From contig JBFGJG010000024.1 in the NCBI GenBank assembly GCA_041577295.1, positions 1-64,000 of the forward strand: a stretch of DNA of 64,000 nucleotides, written 5' to 3'. This DNA comes from Gemmatimonadales bacterium (GTDB lineage: Bacteria > Gemmatimonadota > Gemmatimonadetes > Gemmatimonadales > GWC2-71-9). A program made the position numbers and the translations under genes. Within the stretch, counting starts at the first letter, position 1, and the number at the start of each line of letters is the position of its first letter. This document shows positions 8,126-17,464 of the stretch, one piece after another. The notes under the pieces were generated by a model. It was not told the origin of the DNA. It saw nothing but the letters and a program-made list of their open reading frames with translations, and did no database searches.

Positions 8126-11100
8126 ATGCATTGCCTTCGCCATCTTCCGACCGTTCTCTGTGCCGCCCTAGTGTGCACTGTCACAACCACCCTCGACGCA
8201 CAGGCCGCTGCGGCTCAGGACGACGCGGTCTTTGCGGGACTCAGGTATCGCAATATCGGGCCGACCCGCGGTGGTCGCGTCACCGCCGTAGCTGGGCATC
8301 GTGCGCACCCGTCGACGTTTTACATGGGCGCGACAGGGGGTGGAGTGTGGAAGACCACCGACTACGGAATTACGTGGAACAACGTCTCCGACGGTTACTT
8401 CGTGACGGGCTCGATTGGTGCCATTCACGTGGCGACGTCGGATCCCGCGACGGTGTGGGTTGGGACGGGGTCGGACGGTATCCGCTCGAACGTCATTACG
8501 GGGCGCGGTGTGTACAAGTCGTCGGATGCAGGCGAGACATGGGAGTTCATGGGTCTGAAGAGCACGGGGCAGATCGGTGCTGTGCTGGTGCATCCGACCG
8601 ATCCGCGTACGGTCTTCGTCGCAGCATTGGGGAGCGCGTTTGGACCCAGCCCCGATCGTGGCGTTTTCCGCACGCGCGACGGTGGACAAAGCTGGCAAAA
8701 AGTAATGTTCGTGTCCGATTCAACGGGTGCGATCGATCTGGAGTTCGCCCCGGATGACCCGCGGACGATGTACGCCTCGATGTGGCGGGGAGAGCGGAAG
8801 CCGTGGACCATCATTTCCGGTGCGCGGGAAGGCGGGATCTATAAGACCACCAACGGCGGCGACACCTGGAAGAGGGTCACGAACGGTCTTCCGCAAGGAC
8901 TGATTGGTAAGAGCGACCTCGCCGTGTCGCCGGCGGACCCGAATCGGGTCTATGCGTTGATTGAGGCGCCGGAGCCGGCGGACGGTCTTTACCGCTCCGA
9001 CGACCGAGGCGAGACGTGGCGCCTGGTGTCCAGCTACGACCGACTGCTGAACAGGCCGTTCTATTACACGAACGTCGACGCGGACCCGACCAACGCCGAC
9101 ATTGTCTACGTCAACAACGAGGGGTTTTACAAGTCCACCGATGCCGGCGCCAATTGGGAGCGACGTAGCACGCCACACGGGGACAACCATGACATGTGGA
9201 TCAATCCGGACAATCCGGAGATTTTCATTCAGTCGAACGACGGTGGGGCCAACGTCACACTCAATGGCGGGCGTACCTGGTCCTCCCAACACAACCAGCC
9301 CACTGCCGAGCTGTATCAGGTGGATGTCGACGATCAGTTTCCCTACTGGCTGTATGCCGGTCAGCAGGACAACACCACGATCGCCGTGCCGAGCTTACCC
9401 CCCAACTATCCGCCATCAGGGCCGGAGGGTTACTGGTTAGCGATTGGTGGGTGTGAGACCGGTCCGGCCGTGCCTCAGCCCGGGAATCCCGACATCGTCT
9501 TTGCCAACTGCAAAGGACGCTTTGGCCGCTACAACAAGAGAACCGGACAGGAGGCGCAATATTACGTCGGTGCGCAGAACCTCTACGGGCACAACCCAAA
9601 AGACCTCATCTACCGGTTCCAGCGAACCGTACCGATCGAGGTGTCCCCGCACGATCCCAACACGGTATACCACGGCTCCCAGTTCGTGCATCGCACCCGC
9701 AACGGCGGACAAACGTGGGAGCGGATCTCACCAGATTTGACCGCGTTCCGGCCGGAGCGTCAGGTGGTATCCGGTACGCCGATCACGCGGGACATTACCG
9801 GTGAGGAGCACTACTCCACCCTCTACGTCATCGAGGAGTCCCCGTTGGAGCCAGGAGTCATCTGGGCGGGGGCCAATGATGGACCGTTACACGTCACCCG
9901 AGATGGCGGCCAGACCTGGACCAACGTGACACCGCCGGACCTACCGCCGGAAGGCCGGTTGAACCGCATCGACCCGTCGACACATCGTGTGGGTACGGCC
10001 TACGTCGCGGCGTATCGCTTCCAGCTGAACGACTTCCAACCCTACATCTTCAAGACCACAGACTACGGAAAGACATGGAAGCGGCTAACCACCGGTACCA
10101 ACGGCATTCCGGCGGACTTTCCGACCCGCGTGGTGCGCGAGGATCCCAATCGGGAAGGGCTATTGTACGCGGGAACGGAATTTGGCATGTTCGTCTCACT
10201 CGATGACGGCGCGACGTGGCGGCCGTTCCAGCAGAACCTGCCAGCGGTTCCCATCACCGACATCCGCGTGATACGGAAGGACCTCGCCATCTCCACGATG
10301 GGACGGTCCTTCTGGATTCTCGACGATGTGAGCCCGCTCCACCAAATAACCCCGCAGATCGCGCAGGCAAGGGCGCATCTCTTCCAACCTCGCGACGCGT
10401 ATCGCATGCGGTACAGTGTGCGAGGCTTTCGGGTGAACGTTGCTACAGACCCGGAATACCCCGAGCCTGGGGCGACGATCTACTACCACCTCGCTGAGCA
10501 GCCGTCGGAGGATGTCGTCCTCGACATCCTCGATGCCCAAGGGAATGTCATTCGCAGCTTTTCGAGCGCGGGGCCGGGTCAGGCACCGACGGTGGAGCAG
10601 GGGATGCGAGCCCCGGAGTTGGTCCGCGTTGGCACGCCTACGTTGGACAAGAGCCTCGGGCTGCATCGCTTCCTGTGGGACCTCCGGCACCCGGGCCCCT
10701 GGTCCTCGGGCGAGTCCGCAGGCACTGACGGTCCTTATGCAGTCCCCGGTGTGTACCAGGCACGGCTCACCGTGGGCGCATGGAGCTCAACGCAGCGCTT
10801 CGAGATCAAGGCCGATCCGCGCATCATCGCCGAGGGGGTGACCCTGGCCGACATGCGGGAACAGCTGGAGTTGAATCGAAGGATTCGGGATGCGGTGAGT
10901 GAGGCGCGAATGGCACTCGAACGGACACGCCAGGCGATCGAGCGCCTCCAGGGCCAACGCGGTGCGGAATCGGCAGTGGCATCACTGGGGCGTGTCGAGT
11001 CGCAGCTCGCGACTGCGTCGGCCGACGGGATTCGCTATCCCCAACCGATGCTCATCGCGCAGCTCGAGTATCTCTATAACATGACCACCACGGCGGATCA

Positions 11101-11209
11101 GAAGCTTGGCCGTGATGCGCATGAACGGTACGCAACACTACGGCAGGAGCTCGACGCCGCATTGGCGGCTCTGAGAGACGTACCGGGGATGGCTTCCGGC
11201 GAGAGCTAA
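8126..11209 (+). CDS. secreted BNR/Asp-box (VPS10/sortilin-like) beta-propeller protein, putative glycosyl hydrolase
   Basis: Signal peptide, RNIGPTRGGRV and many S/T-x-D-x-G-x-T-W Asp boxes, with a C-terminal helical region. Confidence 0.88.
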   Translation: MHCLRHLPTVLCAALVCTVTTTLDAQAAAAQDDAVFAGLRYRNIGPTRGGRVTAVAGHRAHPSTFYMGATGGGVWKTTDYGITWNNVSDGYFVTGSIGAIHVATSDPATVWVGTGSDGIRSNVITGRGVYKSSDAGETWEFMGLKSTGQIGAVLVHPTDPRTVFVAALGSAFGPSPDRGVFRTRDGGQSWQKVMFVSDSTGAIDLEFAPDDPRTMYASMWRGERKPWTIISGAREGGIYKTTNGGDTWKRVTNGLPQGLIGKSDLAVSPADPNRVYALIEAPEPADGLYRSDDRGETWRLVSSYDRLLNRPFYYTNVDADPTNADIVYVNNEGFYKSTDAGANWERRSTPHGDNHDMWINPDNPEIFIQSNDGGANVTLNGGRTWSSQHNQPTAELYQVDVDDQFPYWLYAGQQDNTTIAVPSLPPNYPPSGPEGYWLAIGGCETGPAVPQPGNPDIVFANCKGRFGRYNKRTGQEAQYYVGAQNLYGHNPKDLIYRFQRTVPIEVSPHDPNTVYHGSQFVHRTRNGGQTWERISPDLTAFRPERQVVSGTPITRDITGEEHYSTLYVIEESPLEPGVIWAGANDGPLHVTRDGGQTWTNVTPPDLPPEGRLNRIDPSTHRVGTAYVAAYRFQLNDFQPYIFKTTDYGKTWKRLTTGTNGIPADFPTRVVREDPNREGLLYAGTEFGMFVSLDDGATWRPFQQNLPAVPITDIRVIRKDLAISTMGRSFWILDDVSPLHQITPQIAQARAHLFQPRDAYRMRYSVRGFRVNVATDPEYPEPGATIYYHLAEQPSEDVVLDILDAQGNVIRSFSSAGPGQAPTVEQGMRAPELVRVGTPTLDKSLGLHRFLWDLRHPGPWSSGESAGTDGPYAVPGVYQARLTVGAWSSTQRFEIKADPRIIAEGVTLADMREQLELNRRIRDAVSEARMALERTRQAIERLQGQRGAESAVASLGRVESQLATASADGIRYPQPMLIAQLEYLYNMTTTADQKLGRDAHERYATLRQELDAALAALRDVPGMASGES

Positions 11210-11241
11210 CCAAGAGCCTAGGACAACGAGCCGAGGCGCGC

Positions 11242-11736
11242 TCAGGGTCTGAGCGCGCCCAGCCCGGCTCGGGCGACGACGGCGTCCTGCGTGGACGCCA
11301 CGCCGCTCACCCCGATGCCGCCCACGGTCTGTTCACCAACGGCAAGGGGAAGCCCGCCCTCGAGCGGGATCATGTCATCGACCGCCAGGAGGCTCATGCG
11401 TCCGGCGGCGACCCGTTCCTCGAGCTGTTTCGTGGCTCGCCGGAAGCGGGCAGCCGTACGCGCCTTGGCAATCGCGATCTCGACACTGGCCGGTGGGGTG
11501 CTGTCGATCCGCCGGAAGAGCACGAGATCGCCGCTGGCGTCGACGACGGCGATTGCCACGTTCCAACCATTCTCCCGCGCTTTGGCTTCGGCGGCATCCG
11601 CCACGTGTTTGGCGGCTTCGAGTGTGAGCACTTTCGTGTCACGGAGCTGCGCGTTGAGAGGCGTCGCACCGATCGCGAGCCCAATCGCTAGGCCGAGACG
11701 CAAGATCAGTGGCAGGTTGGTCCGCATACTCCCCAT
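11242..11736 (-). CDS. GlcG/HbpS-family heme-binding protein
   Basis: AIAVVDASG, AIAKARTAA, GGLPL and GGIGVSG motifs, plus a signal peptide. Confidence 0.88.
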   Translation of the reverse strand: MGSMRTNLPLILRLGLAIGLAIGATPLNAQLRDTKVLTLEAAKHVADAAEAKARENGWNVAIAVVDASGDLVLFRRIDSTPPASVEIAIAKARTAARFRRATKQLEERVAAGRMSLLAVDDMIPLEGGLPLAVGEQTVGGIGVSGVASTQDAVVARAGLGALRP

Positions 11737-11769
11737 CTCCGCGTAGGAACGTCCCTTGTTGAACGTCGA

Positions 11770-12162
11770 TCAGGTGGTGGTGACTTCGCTCATGAGTGCC
11801 AGCACATTCTCTTCCGAGTCGCGGAAGAACGCCAGCCAGAGCTCGTGCCCGTTGCCGCGATGGACGAGGTGTGGCTCCCCGTCAAACTTGACCCCCCGTT
11901 CCACCAAGGCTTGATGGGCACTGGCGATGTCCGGTACCCGATAATACACGATAGACGCGGGATGGTTGAGTTCGGGCTTTTCCGGCACACCGAGCAAGAG
12001 CCGCACCTCGCCACAACGAAAGAACGCCATCCCCGGTGGTGCCTGAAAGAGGAACGGTAAACCGAGGGTGTCACGGTAGAACTGAACTGCCCGATCGAGG
12101 TCACGTACCGCGATGTGGATTTGGCCGATTGCCGTCACGCCGGGTGTAGTGGTGGTCCCCAT
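11770..12162 (-). CDS. VOC (glyoxalase/bleomycin resistance) family protein
   Basis: IGQIHIAVRDLDRAVQFYRDTLGL ... FFRDSEENVLALM. Confidence 0.9.
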   Translation of the reverse strand: MGTTTTPGVTAIGQIHIAVRDLDRAVQFYRDTLGLPFLFQAPPGMAFFRCGEVRLLLGVPEKPELNHPASIVYYRVPDIASAHQALVERGVKFDGEPHLVHRGNGHELWLAFFRDSEENVLALMSEVTTT

Positions 12163-12212
12163 GTCACGTCCTTCGTTCGCTGCACTTGACGTTGAAGCGC
12201 GTGGTGATAATA

Positions 12213-12227
12213 GTTAGTTTGGCTAAC
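12213..12227. promoter_or_regulatory. putative MarR operator palindrome GTTAG-N5-CTAAC
   Basis: Palindrome between the divergent VOC and marR genes, immediately downstream of the VOC -10 box. Confidence 0.6.
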
Positions 12228-12230
12228 GAA

Positions 12231-12259
12231 ATGATATTATGGGTTCCAAGAGACGTCAA
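12231..12259 (-). promoter_or_regulatory. sigma70-type promoter for VOC-glcG
   Basis: Minus strand TTGACG (12259-54), 17-nt spacer, TATCAT (12236-31). Confidence 0.6.
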
Positions 12260-12268
12260 GTCATAGAT

Positions 12269-12688
12269 GTGACCGCCGTAGCAGAACGGCTGCACTCGGC
12301 GGCCATTCACTTGCTGCGGCGGGTGCGTACCGAAGACGTCGCGTCTGGGCTGTCGCCGGCTCGTCTCTCGGCCCTGTCGGTGATCGTATTTGCCGGCCCT
12401 ATTACCGTAAGCGACTTGGCACAGGCTGAGCAAATTCGACCGCCCACCGCATCGCGGCTCGCGAAAGAGCTCGAGGGGCAAGGGCTGCTGCGGAGAACCC
12501 CAGACGCCAACGACGGCAGGGTCCAGTGGCTTCGCGCCACCAAGGCGGGACGTCGACTGCTCGAATCGGGCAGGGCGCGACGGGTTGCCAAGCTTGCCGA
12601 GGCGCTCGGCCAGCTTCCCGCGGCGGAGCGCCGATTGCTTGCGCAAGCCGCAGGGGTGCTCGACCGTGTTAGCCGCGGCGAACCGTAA
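12269..12688 (+). CDS. MarR-family transcriptional regulator
   Basis: GLSPARLSALS, wHTH TVSDLAQAEQIRPPTASRL, and DANDGR wing. GTG 12269 is preferred; ATG 12239 is possible. Confidence 0.9.
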   Translation: MTAVAERLHSAAIHLLRRVRTEDVASGLSPARLSALSVIVFAGPITVSDLAQAEQIRPPTASRLAKELEGQGLLRRTPDANDGRVQWLRATKAGRRLLESGRARRVAKLAEALGQLPAAERRLLAQAAGVLDRVSRGEP

Positions 12689-12727
12689 GGTGAGGTCTTC
12701 CCCTTACTCCTCACTCCCTCACTGTAG

Positions 12728-13234
12728 TCACGCCACCTCCGACTGACCCCGCGGGATGCTCAAGGTGGTCCACCGATCACCAGCCCAGTGGCGGGCGAGC
12801 AGTATCAATTGACCAACATGGTAGGCGTAATGCCGAACGGAGCGAAGCAGAGCTTGGTGGGCCGTCTGCGGCTCCCCCCGGATGTAGACCGTGCGGTGGA
12901 GATCGCTGGGCGAAAGCCCGTCGAGCGAGTCGTACAGTAGCGTCCACGCGGCGTCCCACCGGGCGGTGAGACTAGCGCGGCTGTCCGCTTCCACGATCGT
13001 GAACTCGGTGTCCCGATGACGATCGGGTTTCTCGCCGTCCGTGGTCAAGAAATCTCGCCACCGAGAGCGCATGTTCCCCGCAAGATGCTTGATCAAAATG
13101 GCGATGCTGTTGTTCTCGCCGTCCAGGGTGCGAAAGAAGTCCTCGTCCACAACCTGTGCGAGGGCTGCTTCGCCCAGCTCGTGTATCCTGCGAAACTCGC
13201 TTAAGATGTCGTCGAGCTGTGTCTTGGTCCCCAT
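12728..13234 (-). CDS. DinB-superfamily protein (DUF1572-like)
   Basis: NSIAILIKHLAGNMRSRW, DGEKPDRHRDTEF and HYAYHVGQ. Confidence 0.88.
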   Translation of the reverse strand: MGTKTQLDDILSEFRRIHELGEAALAQVVDEDFFRTLDGENNSIAILIKHLAGNMRSRWRDFLTTDGEKPDRHRDTEFTIVEADSRASLTARWDAAWTLLYDSLDGLSPSDLHRTVYIRGEPQTAHQALLRSVRHYAYHVGQLILLARHWAGDRWTTLSIPRGQSEVA

Positions 13235-13412
13235 GCGACCCCTAATCCTGATCTGAGAACCTCATTACTCCCTCCTCGAGGCTTGTGGCAATCCCTCGAG
13301 GAACCGGAGCGGGATTTCGGTGCCCCCTATGTACACGCTCCAGAGTGGTGCGCAATCCCCAATCCATGAGCGACAGAGGGCACAGAGGACGCTAGAGCAC
13401 ACAGACGGCATG

Positions 13413-13450
13413 AAAAAAGCGCCGCCGGCTCCTGCTGGAACCGCCGGCGC
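13413..13450 (-). terminator. intrinsic terminator
   Basis: Minus strand GCGCCGGCGGTTCC-AGCA-GGAGCCGGCGGCGC followed by T6. Confidence 0.75.
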
Positions 13451-13499
13451 CTTGGCTTCTTGTTTGCTATCGAGGGCTCACTGTTCACTGCTCACAACT

Positions 13500-14165
13500 T
13501 CATTCCTCACTGCTGGTCACGCGCACCGCGCAGAAATGGCCACGCGCCGTTGGAGAACGGACGCCACTGCTCCAGCTGCCTCGAAAGCCCCCCGCGTGCG
13601 CGTCCTGTACGTAGAGTGCGGTGAACCCGCCATCGAACCTCTGGACCTCGGTAGCGTTGGCCTCGGAGCCAAAACGGAGCGTGATCTCAGAGGGCAGCGA
13701 ATCGGATGCTGATGCTATCCGTCGCTCCAAAACCACGACGCCAGGCCTCGAGGGATCTGATGACGCGAGGTCTCCCAGTCGGACAGCGCCGACATCTTCG
13801 AGCGCGATGGCAGCGGTTCCTAGCAGGGGGCGCACGGCGTCCGCCCTGGGGCTCGTGCCAGACATCTTGACCACGCGGTTGGCGCTGTCGGTGGCGGTGA
13901 GTGCGAGATCACCACCGACCGATGCGCCGGCACGTGGGCCGTCAGCAGCGACAAGGGTCAGGCGGAACTGCCCGGCGAGGGCCTCGGCGTGGACGCCAGC
14001 GGCAAGCTGTTTTTGGGTTACCGGCAAGCATGCCTGCGGCGACGCGTCCTTCACCCGGTGCGCGGCACACCCGCGCAGGATGACCACCAAGAGGACCAGA
14101 CCGATAAGGCGTAGGGCGGGTACGCCCTGTCCACTGCTGACCGGCTGCCGGCTAGGGTCGTACAA
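13500..14165 (-). CDS. hypothetical exported/lipoprotein
   Basis: Hydrophobic stretch ending ILRGC; follows the peptidase gene. Start uncertain. Confidence 0.6.
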   Translation of the reverse strand: MYDPSRQPVSSGQGVPALRLIGLVLLVVILRGCAAHRVKDASPQACLPVTQKQLAAGVHAEALAGQFRLTLVAADGPRAGASVGGDLALTATDSANRVVKMSGTSPRADAVRPLLGTAAIALEDVGAVRLGDLASSDPSRPGVVVLERRIASASDSLPSEITLRFGSEANATEVQRFDGGFTALYVQDAHAGGFRGSWSSGVRSPTARGHFCAVRVTSSEE

Positions 14166-15366
14166 CGTTCACCGTACCGCTGAGGTCGATGCCGTAGACC
14201 GGTCCGAGCCACCGATCGTCACCGAGGACGATCTGGCTCGATGCCGGACTGGATCCTGCAATGGGGCTCGCGCCGAGGGAGTACGCGTCGGCGCCTATTT
14301 CACTCACAACGAAGCCGTGATCCTCCAGAGACGCGATGGTCACGATGCTGAGCGGGTTCGTCTGAGCGGGCTCGATAAAGCCCGTCATTAACTCCGCGTC
14401 GAACACGGATTCGCGCCAGTGACCGTCAGCAGTGCCCGTTCCACCGGTATTCTCGACTGGGACCTTTGCACCGGTGTACGAGGTGCCGCCGACGGCATCG
14501 AACGCCGAAACCGCCAGTGAACCGGTGAAGTGTGGATCGGTACCACCCTGTTGAGATGGATCTGCCAGGTACCCCTCGGTATCCCACAGCGTGCCGATCC
14601 CGAGGACGTGTCCCATCTCGTGCAGGATCACATTCTCGAGATCTCCGCTGGTCTCGAGGACCGCGAGGTCACCGGTATCGAAGCGCATCTGCCCGAGGAC
14701 CGGAAGATTGCTGGGCAGCCGAATGAAACAGGGTCCCGCCGTGCCGAGCACGCCACCCGGTCCATCGATGGGCTCCAGGGTGACCAGAATGAGCAAGTCG
14801 TCGACAGTCTCGTTGATATCCGGTGAGTTACCGCCGCACTGACCGGGCTGGGCCGTTACCAACATGTCGGAGAGGTCGCCAACCACAATGGACATCCAAC
14901 GCGCGACGGCGTTGTTGAACGCCTGACGCTGTGCGTTGGTTGCGCTCGTGAGATATCGGAGCTCGATATTGAAGCCCGAAACGCCCGTGGCAGTGAACGT
15001 CACCGACGGGAGCGACCCGACCTGCGCGGTGAGCTCGTTCGATCCCGGCGCACTGCCCAGGATCCAACTTCCAACGGTCGCCACCCCGTTGGCGTCGCTC
15101 GTAGCTGGCGATCCGCTAACTGTTCCGCCGCCACCCGTTATGGCAAAGCTGACCGACACGTTCCTAACGGGTTGTCCTTCGGCGTCTGTCACTCGAACGG
15201 CGGGACGGATGGGTACGGCACCGCCTGCCGTTGCGGACTGTCCATCCCCCGCCGCGGCCTGAAGGTTCGCGGGCGTCTGGCTTGGTGGTGGTGGACCTGA
15301 AGGGTCGCTCTTGCTGCAGGAAACGAGGACCGTTCCTAGCAATATCGTGCGGATTGCCCAACGCAC
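14152..15366 (-). CDS. lipoprotein with bacterial Ig-like domain and leishmanolysin-like (M8) zinc metallopeptidase domain
   Basis: Lipobox LVSC, Ig-like AAAGDGQSA...VRVTDAEGQPV...TSDANGVAT, HEMGHVLGIG, GHWRES and ELMTG. GGGAGG RBS before GTG 15366. Confidence 0.85.
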   Translation of the reverse strand: MRWAIRTILLGTVLVSCSKSDPSGPPPPSQTPANLQAAAGDGQSATAGGAVPIRPAVRVTDAEGQPVRNVSVSFAITGGGGTVSGSPATSDANGVATVGSWILGSAPGSNELTAQVGSLPSVTFTATGVSGFNIELRYLTSATNAQRQAFNNAVARWMSIVVGDLSDMLVTAQPGQCGGNSPDINETVDDLLILVTLEPIDGPGGVLGTAGPCFIRLPSNLPVLGQMRFDTGDLAVLETSGDLENVILHEMGHVLGIGTLWDTEGYLADPSQQGGTDPHFTGSLAVSAFDAVGGTSYTGAKVPVENTGGTGTADGHWRESVFDAELMTGFIEPAQTNPLSIVTIASLEDHGFVVSEIGADAYSLGASPIAGSSPASSQIVLGDDRWLGPVYGIDLSGTVNVVRP

Positions 15367-15582
15367 GTGGATCCTCCCGAAGTTGCAAGACCAATCCTGG
15401 CGATGACCGGGTTGGTCCCGCCGCGCATCAACTTGTCGTTTTTCGGAGCGAATCGCGGTGACAGACCTCACAGGGCAGGTGTGAGCCGCCCCGGGTAACC
15501 TCTTGTATTCTAGTGAGTTGAAGCGATGCTACGTGCCAGCGGGATGACGTGTTTCGTTTTGTGCGCGGTGCAAAGACGGTGA

Positions 15583-16650
15583 CTAGAAAGACGTTGACGC
15601 AGCACCGCGGGCCGGCGGCCCAACCACGGGATGTTCTTCCGAGCGATTCGCCTGGTACAGGCGATGATCGGCGAGCGTGAGAAGTGTCTCGGATGGGAAT
15701 TCCACCTCCGACGACTCGGCGATTCCCGCCGATATGCGGATGGCGAGGTCGGGCTTCGCGAGAGCGGTGTGCGTCTGAGCCAGCCGCTCAGCGATGATGC
15801 GCCCTTCGATGGCTGCGAGGATGACAAACTCGTCACTCCCCCATCGTGCTACGGTGTCGGTAGGTCGAAAGCAGCGCTGCAGGGCCTCCCCAACGGTCCG
15901 GAGCGCTTGATCCGCGTCCTCCTGTCCCTGCGACTCTTTTATTGACCGGAGATCATCAATGCCCACCAATGCCACCGCGAAGTGCTGTCGTCGCGAAGTT
16001 CCCCCGAGTGCCTCCTTGAGTCGCTCCTGAAAGAACCGGCGGTTCACCAGACCAGTGACCGGATCCCTGGTAGAGGTCATGAGGAGCTGTCTCGCCCGCA
16101 GAACGATCGCCGTTGTGATGGTTGTGGCGAACGGGATCAAGAGCCCGTAGGTGGCAAAGGTTCCGACAGTGAGATCATGAAGGGCTACGAAGGCCACGGC
16201 GAGCTGAACCAGCGCGACCCCGCCGGCCACCAGGCACAGGCGAGGGTCGTAGCGCAGCCCCGTGGCAGCAACGGCGATCAGGTACCAGGGATAAATATTG
16301 GGAGGGGTGGCGGCGAAGCTCGGCAGAAGCGCGAGGGTCACCAGCGTGACATCGAGTGTGCTGCTGACAACCCCAAGGGGGAACGGTCGATAGACGCGCC
16401 GCGCAATCCGGAGCAGCAGTGTGGCCGCGACGCACGCGAGGCCCGACGAGACGCAGGACCATAGCCAGCGCGGATCGGAGGGGTTTCGCAGCACCGCAAG
16501 CCCCGTGATGACGAACAAGGCGCTCACCACGAGGAAGCGCAATTTGGCCGCGAGCAGCTCGCCAGCGAGGGCGGCACGGTCGAGTTCCGGTGCCCGTGCC
16601 AAAACCTGAGCGAGGAGACGGGGGATACGTTTGAAGAAGACCATCGCCAC
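15583..16650 (-). CDS. membrane protein with degenerate GGDEF domain
   Basis: About five TM helices, then DPVTGLVNRR ... ARWGSDEF ... ISAGIA ... ADHRLYQA. Confidence 0.85.
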   Translation of the reverse strand: MAMVFFKRIPRLLAQVLARAPELDRAALAGELLAAKLRFLVVSALFVITGLAVLRNPSDPRWLWSCVSSGLACVAATLLLRIARRVYRPFPLGVVSSTLDVTLVTLALLPSFAATPPNIYPWYLIAVAATGLRYDPRLCLVAGGVALVQLAVAFVALHDLTVGTFATYGLLIPFATTITTAIVLRARQLLMTSTRDPVTGLVNRRFFQERLKEALGGTSRRQHFAVALVGIDDLRSIKESQGQEDADQALRTVGEALQRCFRPTDTVARWGSDEFVILAAIEGRIIAERLAQTHTALAKPDLAIRISAGIAESSEVEFPSETLLTLADHRLYQANRSEEHPVVGPPARGAASTSF

Positions 16651-16714
16651 CGCGGCCTATGAGATCCTGTATCTATTCAGTTTCGGCGGCTCGAGGCGCG
16701 AGCTTGAGAGGGGT

Positions 16715-16736
16715 AGCCGCCGAACGTGCGGCGGCT
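16715..16736. terminator. hairpin directly after thx stop
   Basis: AGCCGCCG-aacgtg-CGGCGGCT perfect 8-bp stem; no clear U-tract. Confidence 0.4.
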
Positions 16737-16849
16737 TACGATGCCTTTTTCTTGCTCTTGCGGCGCTTCTTCTGTGGTCGGGGGCGAGTTTTTCCATACG
16801 ACCCAGCGCGCAACTTTCCACGTTTGGTTTTTCGATCTCCCTTACCCAT
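16736..16849 (-). CDS. 30S ribosomal protein Thx (bS31/bTHX)
   Basis: Below the ORF-track cutoff. Manual translation gives MGKGDRKTKRGKLRAGSYGKTRPRPQKKRRKSKKKAS, with the GKGD.+T+RGK..G.YGK.RP signature. GAGGTG SD lies 5 nt upstream. Confidence 0.9.
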   Translation of the reverse strand: MGKGDRKTKRGKLRAGSYGKTRPRPQKKRRKSKKKAS

Positions 16850-16963
16850 CTGGTCACCTCGTTAGTGTCTATGTGGAGACGGACTCCCTGGCATGAATGC
16901 CTAGAAGGGTCTTGAAAGTCAAATTCGAGGTCCGTCGTCGCGGGGCGCAGGTAGGCTGACCGC

Positions 16964-17464
16964 TTACCGTGTGGGATTTGCTTTCCCCGATTGGCTCACC
17001 ACCAGTGCGAGCAGCTCCTGCGAAGGCAGGAAACCGTATCGTTGGTAGAAAACGCGGCTCTCAGGTCTCGTCCACAGGAATGCCGAGTGGACTCCTGCGC
17101 CGCGGCACCACGTGAGCGCGGCGGATAGGAGGGCTCCGCCGATGCCCTCGCCGCGGGCTTCCGGGATAACGTAGAGATTCGTGACGTAGGCATGCTGTTC
17201 TGCCTCGTCCACTGGGTTGGGTACCTTCTCCACCAGCTGGATCCAGACATGCCCACAGATTCGATCGCGCTTCTCGGCTATCCAAACAAACCAGCGATTG
17301 TCGCCGCGCAGGTGTGTGGTCATCCACGCTCGGCACCGCGTGATGAACTTCTCTCGTGACTCGAGCGGCGTCCCGGTCTCACTGCGAAATCGATATCGCA
17401 GGCTGGCCAGCACCGCGGCATCGTTCACGGTGGCGATCCGCACGGTGGCAATCGTGTCCGTCAC
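16964..17464 (-). CDS. GNAT-family N-acetyltransferase
   Basis: AYVTNLYVIPEARGEGIGGALL and FYQRYGF. Confidence 0.88.
   Translation of the reverse strand: MTDTIATVRIATVNDAAVLASLRYRFRSETGTPLESREKFITRCRAWMTTHLRGDNRWFVWIAEKRDRICGHVWIQLVEKVPNPVDEAEQHAYVTNLYVIPEARGEGIGGALLSAALTWCRGAGVHSAFLWTRPESRVFYQRYGFLPSQELLALVVSQSGKANPTR

Noticed and set aside
13269..13280. TCCCTCCTCGAG shared with 63959-63970 as an island boundary repeat
   Set aside because: It also occurs inside tal (~1093), and CTCGAG is very frequent in this sequence.
15527..15540. sigma54 promoter (TGGCACG) upstream of the peptidase
   Set aside because: GG-to-GC spacing is 11 nt, not the required 10.
16657..16857. 66-aa ORF from the track
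   Set aside because: The real gene is Thx in a different frame, with an SD and family signature.
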